64,000 bases of DNA from Planctomycetota bacterium. Lineage in GTDB: Bacteria; Planctomycetota; B15-G4. The DNA lies in contig CBDFJQ010000002.1 of NCBI GenBank assembly GCA_965248575.1, positions 2,336,001 through 2,400,000 of the forward strand, given 5' to 3'. The stretch's first letter is position 1, and every line of letters starts with the position of its first letter. Shown here piece by piece: positions 1 to 9,375 of this stretch. A program made the translations under genes and the position numbers. A model generated the notes under the pieces. It was given only the letters and a program-made list of their open reading frames with translations, was not told the DNA's origin and ran no database searches.

Positions 1-149
1 ATTCAACAGGGCGAGGGCTGAGCACATCCTGTGGGAGAGCCCCCTCTCCCTGAAGCCTGGGCGCGACACTGGCGGGATTGCGCGACGCGCACTACCGTGC
101 TGTAAGGCAAACGGCCCCACCCAACCGCCGCATTAGCAGGGAGACAGGG

Positions 150-1016
150 ATGAAGAAGTCCGGGCATCGACAGGTTCGCTGGGCCGTCGTCTTGGTGGTC
201 GTCGTTGCGCTCACGAGCGCGACGGCTTCGGCTCAGTTCAACCAATTCCAGTGGACCTTCGGGGGAGACCCCGGCGGTGAGGGCTTCGTCACGGACCAGT
301 GGATGCAAGTTGTCTCGTCATCCAGCGGTGTCTGCAGCGGCCCCCTTCCGGGCACGTCCTACTTCACCACCACCGCGCCCATTGCAGGCAAGGTCTCTGC
401 CTATCTGACGTTCGACAACAAGGACCCCTGTATCTCGTTCTGGCACTTCGAGAAACCCGTCTACATCATCAACGGCCAGCAGTTCGTCATCATCTGTGAT
501 GACACCTGTTTCGACTTCGAGGCGGAGTTCTCTTTCGACGTCGAGGCCGGCGATGTCTTCGGCCTGGGCGCCTACTCTGTCGACTGCGCGTGCGAGCCGG
601 GCGTCTGCGATTACACGAACTTCAAGTTCGAGCCCACCACCTGGGAAGACCTCGGCTTCTCCCTGGCGGGGACTGCGGGTCTCAGCCCGAGCGCGCAAGG
701 CTTCGGCAAGCTGGGCGACAACGATGCTTTCCAGTTCAGCCTCGAACGGGCGCTACCGGACGCTAACGCGTTCCTGGTGGGTTCCTTCAGTTCACTCTTC
801 GCCCCGTTCAACGGCGGCGTGTTCGTCCCGAACCCGGCGCCACCAGCAGTGTTCCTGCCGCTCACCGTCAACCCCTTCGGTCGCTTCGAGCTCTCAGGAG
901 CGTGGCCGCCAGGCGTGCCAGCTGGGCAGAGCCTCTTCCTGCAAGTCTGGGTCCTCGACCCCGGAGCGCCCTTCGGCTACTCGGCCTCCAACGCGCTGCT
1001 AGCGACGACGCACTAG
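150..1016 (+). CDS. Secreted protein: Cys-containing beta-sandwich domain plus shared C-terminal domain (CTD)
   Basis: ATG at 150 follows AGGGAG; signal peptide MKKSGHRQVRWAVVLVVVVALTSATASA; C-terminus WEDLG...PFNGGVFVP...LFLQVWVLDPGAPFGYSASNALLATTH. Confidence 0.8.
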   Translation: MKKSGHRQVRWAVVLVVVVALTSATASAQFNQFQWTFGGDPGGEGFVTDQWMQVVSSSSGVCSGPLPGTSYFTTTAPIAGKVSAYLTFDNKDPCISFWHFEKPVYIINGQQFVIICDDTCFDFEAEFSFDVEAGDVFGLGAYSVDCACEPGVCDYTNFKFEPTTWEDLGFSLAGTAGLSPSAQGFGKLGDNDAFQFSLERALPDANAFLVGSFSSLFAPFNGGVFVPNPAPPAVFLPLTVNPFGRFELSGAWPPGVPAGQSLFLQVWVLDPGAPFGYSASNALLATTH

Positions 1017-1062
1017 CGCAGGCACCAGCAGGCGGAAGGGTCGGTGGGGAACAGACGTCGTC

Positions 1063-1668
1063 TCAGACGTCGAAGGGCAGCTTTTCTTCGGGGATCATCT
1101 TGCCCTTGAGCTTCACGCCGCCCACCAGCACGTCGCCATCACCGCTGCCGTAGGGCATCATCGCTCCGCTGCTCTTGAAGCTGGCGGACTTGAGCATGTC
1201 CTGCTTGTCGAACTTGAGCTTGAGCCTCGCCACGAAGAGCAGGTTGAGGATCGTCGCGTCCTCATCAGGCACCACGACCTGGATCGGAATGCCGCAGGAG
1301 TTCGGGCCGATCAAGGACCCCACCATGGCCAACTCGTCGGGCCCAGTGGTCAGGAAGGAGCCTGTGCTGGACTGCTGGAACACTCCCGGTGCGGTCTCAC
1401 TGATGACATCGAACAGGTAGGAGGTCGCGCTGAAACCCTCGGCGCCTCCGGTGTTTTCCGCAGGGCTCTCGTCGAGAGACACATGCATATAGGCCACTAC
1501 GCTGCCCTTGGCCTTCTCCAGATCGCCCGACGGTGTGATCGCCCCGCCATTCACCTTCATGGTGACCTTGAACCACACGTCGTCCAAGGCCTGGGAGCGG
1601 GCGTTCGCCGAGAGGGCGACGAGGGACAGCAGGGTGAAGAGGACGGACGAACAGGTGCGCAACAGCAT
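1063..1668 (-). CDS. Secreted hypothetical protein with Lys-rich C-terminus
   Basis: Start trimmed from the 425-aa ORF to MLLRTCSSVLFTLLSLVALSANARSQ (GGAG upstream, signal peptide); the longer N-terminus overlaps the opposite-strand gene. Confidence 0.7.
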   Translation of the reverse strand: MLLRTCSSVLFTLLSLVALSANARSQALDDVWFKVTMKVNGGAITPSGDLEKAKGSVVAYMHVSLDESPAENTGGAEGFSATSYLFDVISETAPGVFQQSSTGSFLTTGPDELAMVGSLIGPNSCGIPIQVVVPDEDATILNLLFVARLKLKFDKQDMLKSASFKSSGAMMPYGSGDGDVLVGGVKLKGKMIPEEKLPFDV

Positions 1669-1821
1669 CACAGGACTCCAAGAAGGCTGGGCGGCCCGGC
1701 GGACCGGACCCGGACAAGTGTAAGGACAGGCAACGCCCTCCAGGGCTAGGATAGCGAACCGAAGATTGCGGCTCGCCACCCGCGACCGCCCGACACCCTT
1801 CCTGTCATGGAGAAGAGACAG

Positions 1822-2985
1822 ATGCGTCGTCCCACACTTTCCCTGGTGCTCGTCCTGAGCCTGCTGTGTGTTCTCGGACCCGCCGTTCGAGCCAACAAAT
1901 CCGTTCCAGTGTCCGGCACTGTTCAAGTCCTCACTGTGGGCGATCTCAGCCTGATCGCGATCCTCGGCTTCGCTAACTGCACCTTCAAGGTGGACGCCTC
2001 GAGCGACAACACCAAGGTGGCGAGCGTCCAGTTCAAGACCACGGCCGGCAAGAAACAGAAGGTCATGATCAAGGCCGAGAGCCCGGGCATGGCCATGGTG
2101 ACCGTGAGCACCAAGGAAGGCTCCGTGGGCGGCTGTCAGGGCTTTGACTTCACCTTCCCCGTGATGGTCACGCCCGACACGAAGGCGCTGCTCAAGATGA
2201 GCAAGCAGGAGAGCAAGGCGGCCAACGCCGAGATCAAGAAGGCCCTCGGTGAGCTGGTGACTGCCTACTGCAAAGAGCTCAAGACGGTCGTGGACGACGC
2301 CAAGTCCGGCGAGATCTCTCTCGACGATGCCCTGGACCAAATGGACGCTCTTTCCTCGATCGTGAGCCAGACCCTGAGCCTCGTGATCGGCGCCAGCTCC
2401 GACACTTTCTTCAGCGCCATCTGGAACTCACCGGCAGCTCAGGGGTTCTCGGGCAGCAACGTCGACTTGCTGGGGCTCTTCCCCGGCGGTTGTGGCGAGG
2501 TCGACAGCTTCTCGCAGAACCTCAAGAAGGCCGCCGAGAAGGCCAAGAAGGTCGTGGAGAGGAAGATCAAGAAGGCCTACATGCAACTCGAGAAGGTTGC
2601 CAAGAAGCAGGACGAGACCATCCTGTACTTGTTCCAGGTCTTCCTCGGATTCCCCCTGCCCATCACGCCGACCCCTCTGCCCACTCCCATGCCCCAGGTG
2701 CAACCCCCGGCACCCCCGAAACCCTTGATGCGCACGTGGACCTCCTCCGGGCGCATGACCTCCTCGCCGCTGACCCGCCTGGAGATCGCTGGACTCGGTG
2801 ACGCGGGCGGCGGACAGGTGACGGTCAAGGTCGAAGGGCCCGACGGCTTCGAGAGCGAGATGATGGTCAACCTGGACGCCGAGTGCGGCTTCTTGGCGGA
2901 GTTCGGAGGCGTAAAGCCCGGCAACTACACCGTCACGCTTACCCAGGGCACCAACTCCTCGAGCTTCAAGACCATCGCCATCTAG
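1822..2985 (+). CDS. Secreted hypothetical protein: Ig-like N-terminus, Lys-rich helical middle, Pro linker, C-terminal beta domain
   Basis: GGAG RBS; signal peptide ...LGPAVRA; PTPLPTPMP linker; GC-rich third codon positions. Confidence 0.7.
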   Translation: MRRPTLSLVLVLSLLCVLGPAVRANKSVPVSGTVQVLTVGDLSLIAILGFANCTFKVDASSDNTKVASVQFKTTAGKKQKVMIKAESPGMAMVTVSTKEGSVGGCQGFDFTFPVMVTPDTKALLKMSKQESKAANAEIKKALGELVTAYCKELKTVVDDAKSGEISLDDALDQMDALSSIVSQTLSLVIGASSDTFFSAIWNSPAAQGFSGSNVDLLGLFPGGCGEVDSFSQNLKKAAEKAKKVVERKIKKAYMQLEKVAKKQDETILYLFQVFLGFPLPITPTPLPTPMPQVQPPAPPKPLMRTWTSSGRMTSSPLTRLEIAGLGDAGGGQVTVKVEGPDGFESEMMVNLDAECGFLAEFGGVKPGNYTVTLTQGTNSSSFKTIAI

Positions 2986-3015
2986 AACGTCAGCCGCTGA
3001 GGGCCGCGCTGGCCC

Positions 3016-4182
3016 TCAGCACCCACGATCACCTGCGGCCAATTCCCGCAGGTGGTCGTGGGCCAGCAGGCAGTGGAAGTGGTGCTCCCCCTGCTCCACG
3101 CCCGGGGCGTAGCGCCCGCGGTCGTAGTGCCGGGACGCCAGCCCCACCTGCACTGATTCGCAGATGGCGATGTCCTCCTGTTGGGTGACGTCGCTCTGGG
3201 CCATGCTCTCGGCCATGAACCGCTGCGCCGCCGCGCCCTCCGTCTCCGCGAAGTAGAACTCGTAGACGACCTCGCAACGGTTCGGTCCCAAGGGCAATAC
3301 ATGGTTGCTGTCGAGGCAGGAGCCGTAGCGGTTGAGCATGAAGTTGGGATGCAACCAGGCGTAGAGCGCGCCGCCGCCGATGCGCTCCTGCGGGTCGTAG
3401 TCGATGCGTTCATCCTGTGCTTTCGACGCCGGTGAGCCCTGGATCGAGCAGCGCTCGAACAACTCCGTCCCGTAGTTGTCCATGTCGAGCTGGGCGTCCA
3501 GACTCGGGTGCATGTGCGGGATGTGGTAACCGCCGTCGAGGTAGTTGTCGACGTAGACCTTCCAGTTGCACTCGATCACCCAACGGCGTTGCCCCACGAA
3601 GGTCAGTTCGCTCCAGCCACCGCCTCCGAGACGCCGATCCAGCTCGGCGATGCGGGGCTTGAGGGGCGCCGCGTCCCGTTCACCATGGATGAAGACCCAG
3701 GGGCCCCACTGCTCCACGCCCAAGGGCACAAGCCCCATCGCGCCGCGCTCGAAGTCCTGGATGCCCGCGATCCTCGGCGCGTTCTTGAGGGCGCCCGTCA
3801 GCTCGTAACACCAGGCGTGATACCCACACACGAGCTCGCTGGCTCGGCCGCAACCCTGCACCACTTCACGCCCCTTGTGGCGGCACACATTGGAGAAGGC
3901 CGCCAGCGAGCCGTCCTCCTGGCGCACCACCACCCATGGCTCGCCCGCCAACACACCGCTCGCGTAGGCACCCGGCTCCTTCAGCTGCTCCACCCGGGCC
4001 ACGGGCTGCCAGGAGCGGGCGAAGACCGAGCGCTTCTCCAACTCGTACAAGGCAGGGTCGACGTACCAGGACGCGGGCGGCATCCAGGCCCGTTCGATGG
4101 GCAGGCCTGTGTCAAAGCGCTCGATCTCGCGCCGCAGCCGCTCCCGCTCTTGGTCATTCACTGGGTCGTTCCCTGCAGTCAT
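3016..4182 (-). CDS. Rieske non-heme iron oxygenase alpha subunit (choline monooxygenase-like)
   Basis: Rieske motifs CRHKG and CGYH; mononuclear Fe motif NWKVYVDNYLDGGYHIPHMH; QQEDIAICESVQVGL. Confidence 0.9.
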   Translation of the reverse strand: MTAGNDPVNDQERERLRREIERFDTGLPIERAWMPPASWYVDPALYELEKRSVFARSWQPVARVEQLKEPGAYASGVLAGEPWVVVRQEDGSLAAFSNVCRHKGREVVQGCGRASELVCGYHAWCYELTGALKNAPRIAGIQDFERGAMGLVPLGVEQWGPWVFIHGERDAAPLKPRIAELDRRLGGGGWSELTFVGQRRWVIECNWKVYVDNYLDGGYHIPHMHPSLDAQLDMDNYGTELFERCSIQGSPASKAQDERIDYDPQERIGGGALYAWLHPNFMLNRYGSCLDSNHVLPLGPNRCEVVYEFYFAETEGAAAQRFMAESMAQSDVTQQEDIAICESVQVGLASRHYDRGRYAPGVEQGEHHFHCLLAHDHLRELAAGDRGC

Positions 4183-4290
4183 GGGCCCATCGTAGCGGCT
4201 GGACGCTCACTGTTCGCGCACGCGGTGCCCTTCACACACAGCGGCCCGGCCGCCAGCGCCTAGGGGAATCCTCACACCGGCCCGCGCGCC

Positions 4291-6570
4291 TCAACGGAAG
4301 CTGACCCAACTCATGCCGCCCGCGGGGATGCTGAGCGACAGCTGCACGTGGTGATCGCGGCCGAGGATTCGCTGCTCGTCCGTCCCTCCGTTCACCGAGA
4401 CCAGAGCGCTCTCCGAGAGCCCCGTGTAGTAGAGGTCCACGTCCAGGGTCTCCGTGGCCGCCGTCTCCAAGGGGTTGAAGGCCACCAGCATCCCGCGCGG
4501 AGAGTCCGGCGCCGATGGGTACGGATCGACGTGCAGCATCCAGTCGACGCGCCGCCCATCGGGCCGACGGCCGTGGATGACATCGCTCTCCAGGATCTCC
4601 CGGTGCTCCAGGAACCACGCCACCTGTTCGCTCAGGAGCGCTTGGGTGCGCTCGGTGTCGAACAGCCGCGGTCCGCGGAAGCAGGCCTGGACGCCCATGG
4701 CCAGGTTGGACTGCAGCATGCGCCCGTAGTGCTCGAGGTGCGCGTCCAGGGGTTCGATGGTCGCGGCCTCACCGCCACCGTGGTACTCGGTCAGGGGCAC
4801 GAACATCCAGCCCATGCTGGGCGTCTTGGTCCAGGTGCCGTCGTAGATGTTCTGGCGCGTGTGGATCACCTGCTCGGCTCGCGGCAGAGACCAGTTCACC
4901 TCGCGGTAGCCCATGCCGCTCTTGGTGGAACCCGACAGGTAATAGTAGTCCGGCACGTTCAGCGAGATGCCGCGCCCGCGGCACCAGGCATAGAAGTCCG
5001 TGATGCGGCGCCACTGCATCCAGCGCGAGTCCTCCGCCCCCGCATGGCCCGGATGGCTCTGAGAGAGGCACTCGTCGCCCGGGTAGTTGCCGTCGTGTTC
5101 GAGCAGGTTGAAGCCCGTGCGTTCGAAGAAGCTGCGCAGGGTCTCGAAGTAGGCCTGCCCCCAGGCGCTGCCCAAGCAGGGCGAGTTGCCGAAGGTGGGC
5201 CGCTTCCCTTCGGGCATGAGCACATCGTGCTCGGGAGAGATGCTTCGCGAAGCCAGCAGGGAGTAGCCGCCGATCTCCACCCCCTTCGCGCCGGCGAGCG
5301 CAGCCACCTCTGCCCACCCCGCCACCACCTCGGGGTCGTCCGTCTCGATGTTGAAGCCGCTTCCGAAGGAGAGGATCAGCATCTCGAACCCCACCGCCGC
5401 CGCCTCGTCAATGGCCCGCACGACCTCCGCGCGATCGGCGACACGCATGTGGTGCATCAAGGGGTTCTCGGTGACCCAGGGTGCGAGGGTGCGGTACATG
5501 CGGCGTTGCGTCAGACCGCGGCGCTCCCGTTCGCTGGAATCATGGACCAGCTCGAAAGCGCAGAAGCTCTCGAAGCTCTCGCCGGCTGGCACCGCCACCG
5601 CTGGCCCCAACTCGGGACCAACCTCCAGCAGGCAGGGTGTCACCCGCTGGTAATTGACCTGGCTCGCATACTGGGGGTCCGCCCGCCAGTGCACCGCCCG
5701 GTGTGAGGCGTTCGCGGCCGTCATGCCTCCGAAGGCGTAGTCGGTCTCCAGGTGCAGGCTCTCGGGGGCCGGGTAGGGAACCCCGTTGCGCGTCTCCACC
5801 CAACTCTCATCCTCCACGACTGCGAGCACTTCGGACACGAAGCTGTCGACGGTGATGGGTGTCGCCCCCCCGTTGTGCACCGAGATCCACTTGGCCATGA
5901 CCGGGATCCCGTCGTAGAGCTCGTAGTGAACCGACACCCGCACGTCCCGGTGCACTCCCTGGTCCGTACCTGCGGGCGACGCAAAGTCCAGGCGCAGTGA
6001 GACACCATTCGGAGGCCAGACGGCATCGGCTGCATGGTGGCGCACCCGCTTCCACGGCAGCCGTTCCCGGGGGGCCCCCACCTCATGACCGACGTAGTGG
6101 AAGGCTGTCGGTGCCGCCTTCAGCTCGTCGAGCCATGCCTCGCGCAGGAAGGCGTGATTCGGCTGCCCCACCAGCCCCCCCACGGCGTAGTCCTGCCCGT
6201 CCAAGGTGATCCGAGCCTCCGGTCGCACAGCGCGCACGAGTTCACGCTGCGCTGACAACTCCAAGAGCGAGAAGGTCGCGGCGTTGGGCGAGAGCAGGAA
6301 GCTGCGCCGCACGAGCCCGTTGTCGAGATGAAGACGCTGCCCTGCATCAGTGAGGTAGACGGCTGCGCGGGTCGGCACCGCTGCGATCAACGGATCCACG
6401 GTGCTGGTCGGGATGTCGTCCAGCGTGGCCACGACGTGCTCCCGCACTGCGGAGGGCACGGCATCGGATTGCCCGGGTCGTGACGGCAGCACCCGGGACT
6501 GCAGCGGCAGCGCTGGGGCCGTCCCTGCGCACAGAAGCAGCAGGAACGCCACACGACTTGGAAGGCTCAT
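4291..6570 (-). CDS. Secreted alpha-galactosidase-like glycoside hydrolase (GH36/clan-D-like)
   Basis: Signal peptide; TIM-barrel-type segments GFEMLILSFGSG, LLEHDGNYPGD, GMGYREVNWSLPR. Confidence 0.6.
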   Translation of the reverse strand: MSLPSRVAFLLLLCAGTAPALPLQSRVLPSRPGQSDAVPSAVREHVVATLDDIPTSTVDPLIAAVPTRAAVYLTDAGQRLHLDNGLVRRSFLLSPNAATFSLLELSAQRELVRAVRPEARITLDGQDYAVGGLVGQPNHAFLREAWLDELKAAPTAFHYVGHEVGAPRERLPWKRVRHHAADAVWPPNGVSLRLDFASPAGTDQGVHRDVRVSVHYELYDGIPVMAKWISVHNGGATPITVDSFVSEVLAVVEDESWVETRNGVPYPAPESLHLETDYAFGGMTAANASHRAVHWRADPQYASQVNYQRVTPCLLEVGPELGPAVAVPAGESFESFCAFELVHDSSERERRGLTQRRMYRTLAPWVTENPLMHHMRVADRAEVVRAIDEAAAVGFEMLILSFGSGFNIETDDPEVVAGWAEVAALAGAKGVEIGGYSLLASRSISPEHDVLMPEGKRPTFGNSPCLGSAWGQAYFETLRSFFERTGFNLLEHDGNYPGDECLSQSHPGHAGAEDSRWMQWRRITDFYAWCRGRGISLNVPDYYYLSGSTKSGMGYREVNWSLPRAEQVIHTRQNIYDGTWTKTPSMGWMFVPLTEYHGGGEAATIEPLDAHLEHYGRMLQSNLAMGVQACFRGPRLFDTERTQALLSEQVAWFLEHREILESDVIHGRRPDGRRVDWMLHVDPYPSAPDSPRGMLVAFNPLETAATETLDVDLYYTGLSESALVSVNGGTDEQRILGRDHHVQLSLSIPAGGMSWVSFR

Positions 6571-6712
6571 CAGGAGGTTCCACGGGGGTGCGCCCCTCGG
6601 CGCCGGTCGACCAGACCGTCAGCCTATCGCAAGAGGGAATGCGTTACGCTCGGCGAGGAACCTGCTTCAGGGATGACAGCTCACACGAGAGGACACCTCC
6701 AAGGAGCCTGCA

Positions 6713-8716
6713 ATGGGCCGTGGTCTGGTCATCGTCGGAGTGCTCGGTGCCCTCTGTCTTGCGCTCTACCTGTTCGCGGCGGAGGACACGAGTCGGGCCG
6801 AGGCGGAACGGGATGCCTCCAGGAGCACGGCCGTGCGCTACGGCGGCGGAGCCGGCAGCCCGGCCGGGACGGTCCTGCCCCACGACGCGGGCCTGAGCCC
6901 GAAGCCCGTCTCCGAGCCCACGGAGCTGAGGCCCCGAGCTGACCTGCCCCGTGCCGCGCTCTTGGACAAGGCGCCCGCCCACACGCGCACCATCTCCGGG
7001 ATCGTGCGACGCCAGTCTGACGACAGCCCCTTGCCCGGGCTGCGCGTGCGCGTCAGCCCCGAAGGCTTCGACCCCATCGAGGTGCACACCCTCGAGGACC
7101 CGCCGGGGCGCTTCACCCTCGAGGGCGTTCCACACGGCACGGACTCCCTGACCCTGCTCTCGGACGGCCCGTGGCCCGAGCGCCAAGCCAGCCACCCCAT
7201 CCAAGCCGGCCCCAAGGACCTGCACGACCTGGTGCTGCATTTCGACAGCGGCTTCGCCGTCAGGGGCCTGGTCACGGATGAGCAAGGCGCTCCCGTTCCA
7301 CGCGCCGTGGCGGACGCGCAACAACGGGGCGAAGTTCCTGCGGACAACGCAGGCCGCTTCTTGCTGCCCGACATAGCGCCGCGCGCGGAGGCGGAGTCGG
7401 TGCAGATCGGGGCGCGTGCCCCTTGGTACCAGCGGGCCACCGAGGACGTGGTGATCCCGCGCTCCTCCTCGGAGGTGCCGTCCGTCCAGATCACCCTCAT
7501 GGGCAGCGGTGCTCTGGAAGGACAGGTGACGGACGCCAAGGGCCGTCCACTGGAGGACGCCAGCGTCCAACTCAGCTATGTCATGACCACCACCCACGGC
7601 GGGAGCGCGGCCAGCGGCCTGGAAGCCACCAGCGATGAGAAGGGCTCCTACCGCGTCGACCATGTGCCGCCGGGCCGGTACATCGTGCAGATCTCACCCC
7701 CAGGGCCCCGAGGCGTCTGGCAGGGCGGGGTGCTGGACGTCACTCCGCAACCTGCACCGTCCACTGCAGTCGAGGTGTGGCTTCCCGACATCGCGGTCCG
7801 CGTCGGAGAGGCGACGCGCCTCGATGTCTCGCTGCCGCAGGGCGCCTCCGTGAGCGGTCGGGTCAGCGATGCCTACGGCGCCCCCATCCCCGGTGCCACC
7901 CTGTTGCTGGAGCGCTCGGTCCGCTGGCCGGCCCCCGACCTCAGCGGCTCCTCCTCCACGACATCCGGTGAGCTGCGCATTGTGAGCCGGCGCTCCGGCG
8001 ACAAGCCAGGCGAGACCCTCCTCACCATCAAGGAGTTCGAGACCACGGCCGACGAGCGCGGCGCCTACACATTTCCGGGCCTCTCTCCTGGCGCCAAGCA
8101 ACTCACGGTGCGCGACCCCTCGGGAGAGCGCGTGGCGCAGCGCCTCGAGCTCGAACTCCTGGGAGGCCAGTCCCTCACCCGCAACATCCAGCTGCAGGCA
8201 GGCATCACTCTGCGTTCCCGCGTCGTGGACCAGGCGGGTGCACCTCTCGAGGGGGCTTCGGTGCAGGCCCGCCCGTCCGACACGACCCTTCTCGACAGCT
8301 CGGACGGCGTGGCCACGGATCACGACGGTCGATTTGAAATCAGGGGCCTGGCGCCCGGCGAGATGCGCCTGTCCATCTTCATGAGCGGATACCAGGGCTT
8401 GTTCGAGACGGTCCAAAGCACCTCGCCGGAACCGGAGTACGTACTCCTGCCCGCCCCCAGCGTGCAGGGTCGTGTCCTGGCTGCTCTGCACGAGGAGCCC
8501 CTCACGCAGTTCACCGTCATCGTGTCTTGCGCCGGTTCCACTTGGTCCAACCAGGGCAGCTTCGAAGAAGGGCGCTTCAAGTCCGACGTCAACGACGACG
8601 AACTCGCAACCGTCACCATCCGCGCCCCGGGCTACACCAGCCAGACCATGGAAGACGTACGCCCGTCCGAGACCGCGCTCCGCCCGCTGGAGTTCCTGAT
8701 GCATCGGGACCCCTAG
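6713..8716 (+). CDS. Membrane-anchored carboxypeptidase regulatory-like (CnaB/transthyretin-fold) repeat protein
   Basis: N-terminal TM segment; repeated GxVxDxxGxPxxGA...TDxxGxF/Y units. Confidence 0.8.
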   Translation: MGRGLVIVGVLGALCLALYLFAAEDTSRAEAERDASRSTAVRYGGGAGSPAGTVLPHDAGLSPKPVSEPTELRPRADLPRAALLDKAPAHTRTISGIVRRQSDDSPLPGLRVRVSPEGFDPIEVHTLEDPPGRFTLEGVPHGTDSLTLLSDGPWPERQASHPIQAGPKDLHDLVLHFDSGFAVRGLVTDEQGAPVPRAVADAQQRGEVPADNAGRFLLPDIAPRAEAESVQIGARAPWYQRATEDVVIPRSSSEVPSVQITLMGSGALEGQVTDAKGRPLEDASVQLSYVMTTTHGGSAASGLEATSDEKGSYRVDHVPPGRYIVQISPPGPRGVWQGGVLDVTPQPAPSTAVEVWLPDIAVRVGEATRLDVSLPQGASVSGRVSDAYGAPIPGATLLLERSVRWPAPDLSGSSSTTSGELRIVSRRSGDKPGETLLTIKEFETTADERGAYTFPGLSPGAKQLTVRDPSGERVAQRLELELLGGQSLTRNIQLQAGITLRSRVVDQAGAPLEGASVQARPSDTTLLDSSDGVATDHDGRFEIRGLAPGEMRLSIFMSGYQGLFETVQSTSPEPEYVLLPAPSVQGRVLAALHEEPLTQFTVIVSCAGSTWSNQGSFEEGRFKSDVNDDELATVTIRAPGYTSQTMEDVRPSETALRPLEFLMHRDP

Positions 8717-8850
8717 ACCGCAGCGCGCTGCCTGCTGCAAGGCGCTTCGGCCCGGATCACTGTTTGTGGTGCGCGCGTCCCTCAGTTGCAGCGCACGGGG
8801 CGAATGGCCGCGGACAGTCTCGATGACAACTTGGTGCTCGCCCTCAGCGC

Positions 8851-9375
8851 TCAGCCACTGAGCCGGAACGTGTCTTCGCCGAAGGGGACGGCCTGTTCCG
8901 GAGCCGTGGTCTTGTTGCGCGCTTCGTGCTCCAACAAACGACGTTTCAAATCCACTCCTCCTGCGAATCCCGTCAACGACCCATCACTTCCGACCACGCG
9001 ATGGCACGGCACGATGATGCCCAGGGGGTTGGCGCCGTTGGCCGCACCGATGGCGCGCACGGCCGTGGGGCGCCCGACGCGCTCCGCCTGCTGCGCGTAA
9101 CTGCGTGTCTCCCCGTAGGGGATCTCCCGCAAGGCCACCCAGGCCTCCCGCTGGAATTCCGTGCCCACCGGATCCAACGCCAGATCGAATTGCCGCAGGC
9201 TTCCGTCGAAGTACTGCTCCAGCTGGAGGGCCAGCGCAAGGAACAGCGGGTGCGAGAGGTTCGCCGCGCCCTGCTCCTTGGGCAGCGACCACTGCAGGCA
9301 CCGCAGGCCCTGCTCGCTGGCCAGGGCGTGCAAGGGTCCGAGCGGTGAGTCCAGGGTGCTCATGAGCAGTGTCAT
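8851..9375 (-). CDS. ogt: Methylated-DNA-[protein]-cysteine S-methyltransferase
   Basis: GTEFQREAW, IPYGETRSY and active site IIVPCHRVVG; the ATG overlaps the upstream stop (TGATG). Confidence 0.95.
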   Translation of the reverse strand: MTLLMSTLDSPLGPLHALASEQGLRCLQWSLPKEQGAANLSHPLFLALALQLEQYFDGSLRQFDLALDPVGTEFQREAWVALREIPYGETRSYAQQAERVGRPTAVRAIGAANGANPLGIIVPCHRVVGSDGSLTGFAGGVDLKRRLLEHEARNKTTAPEQAVPFGEDTFRLSG

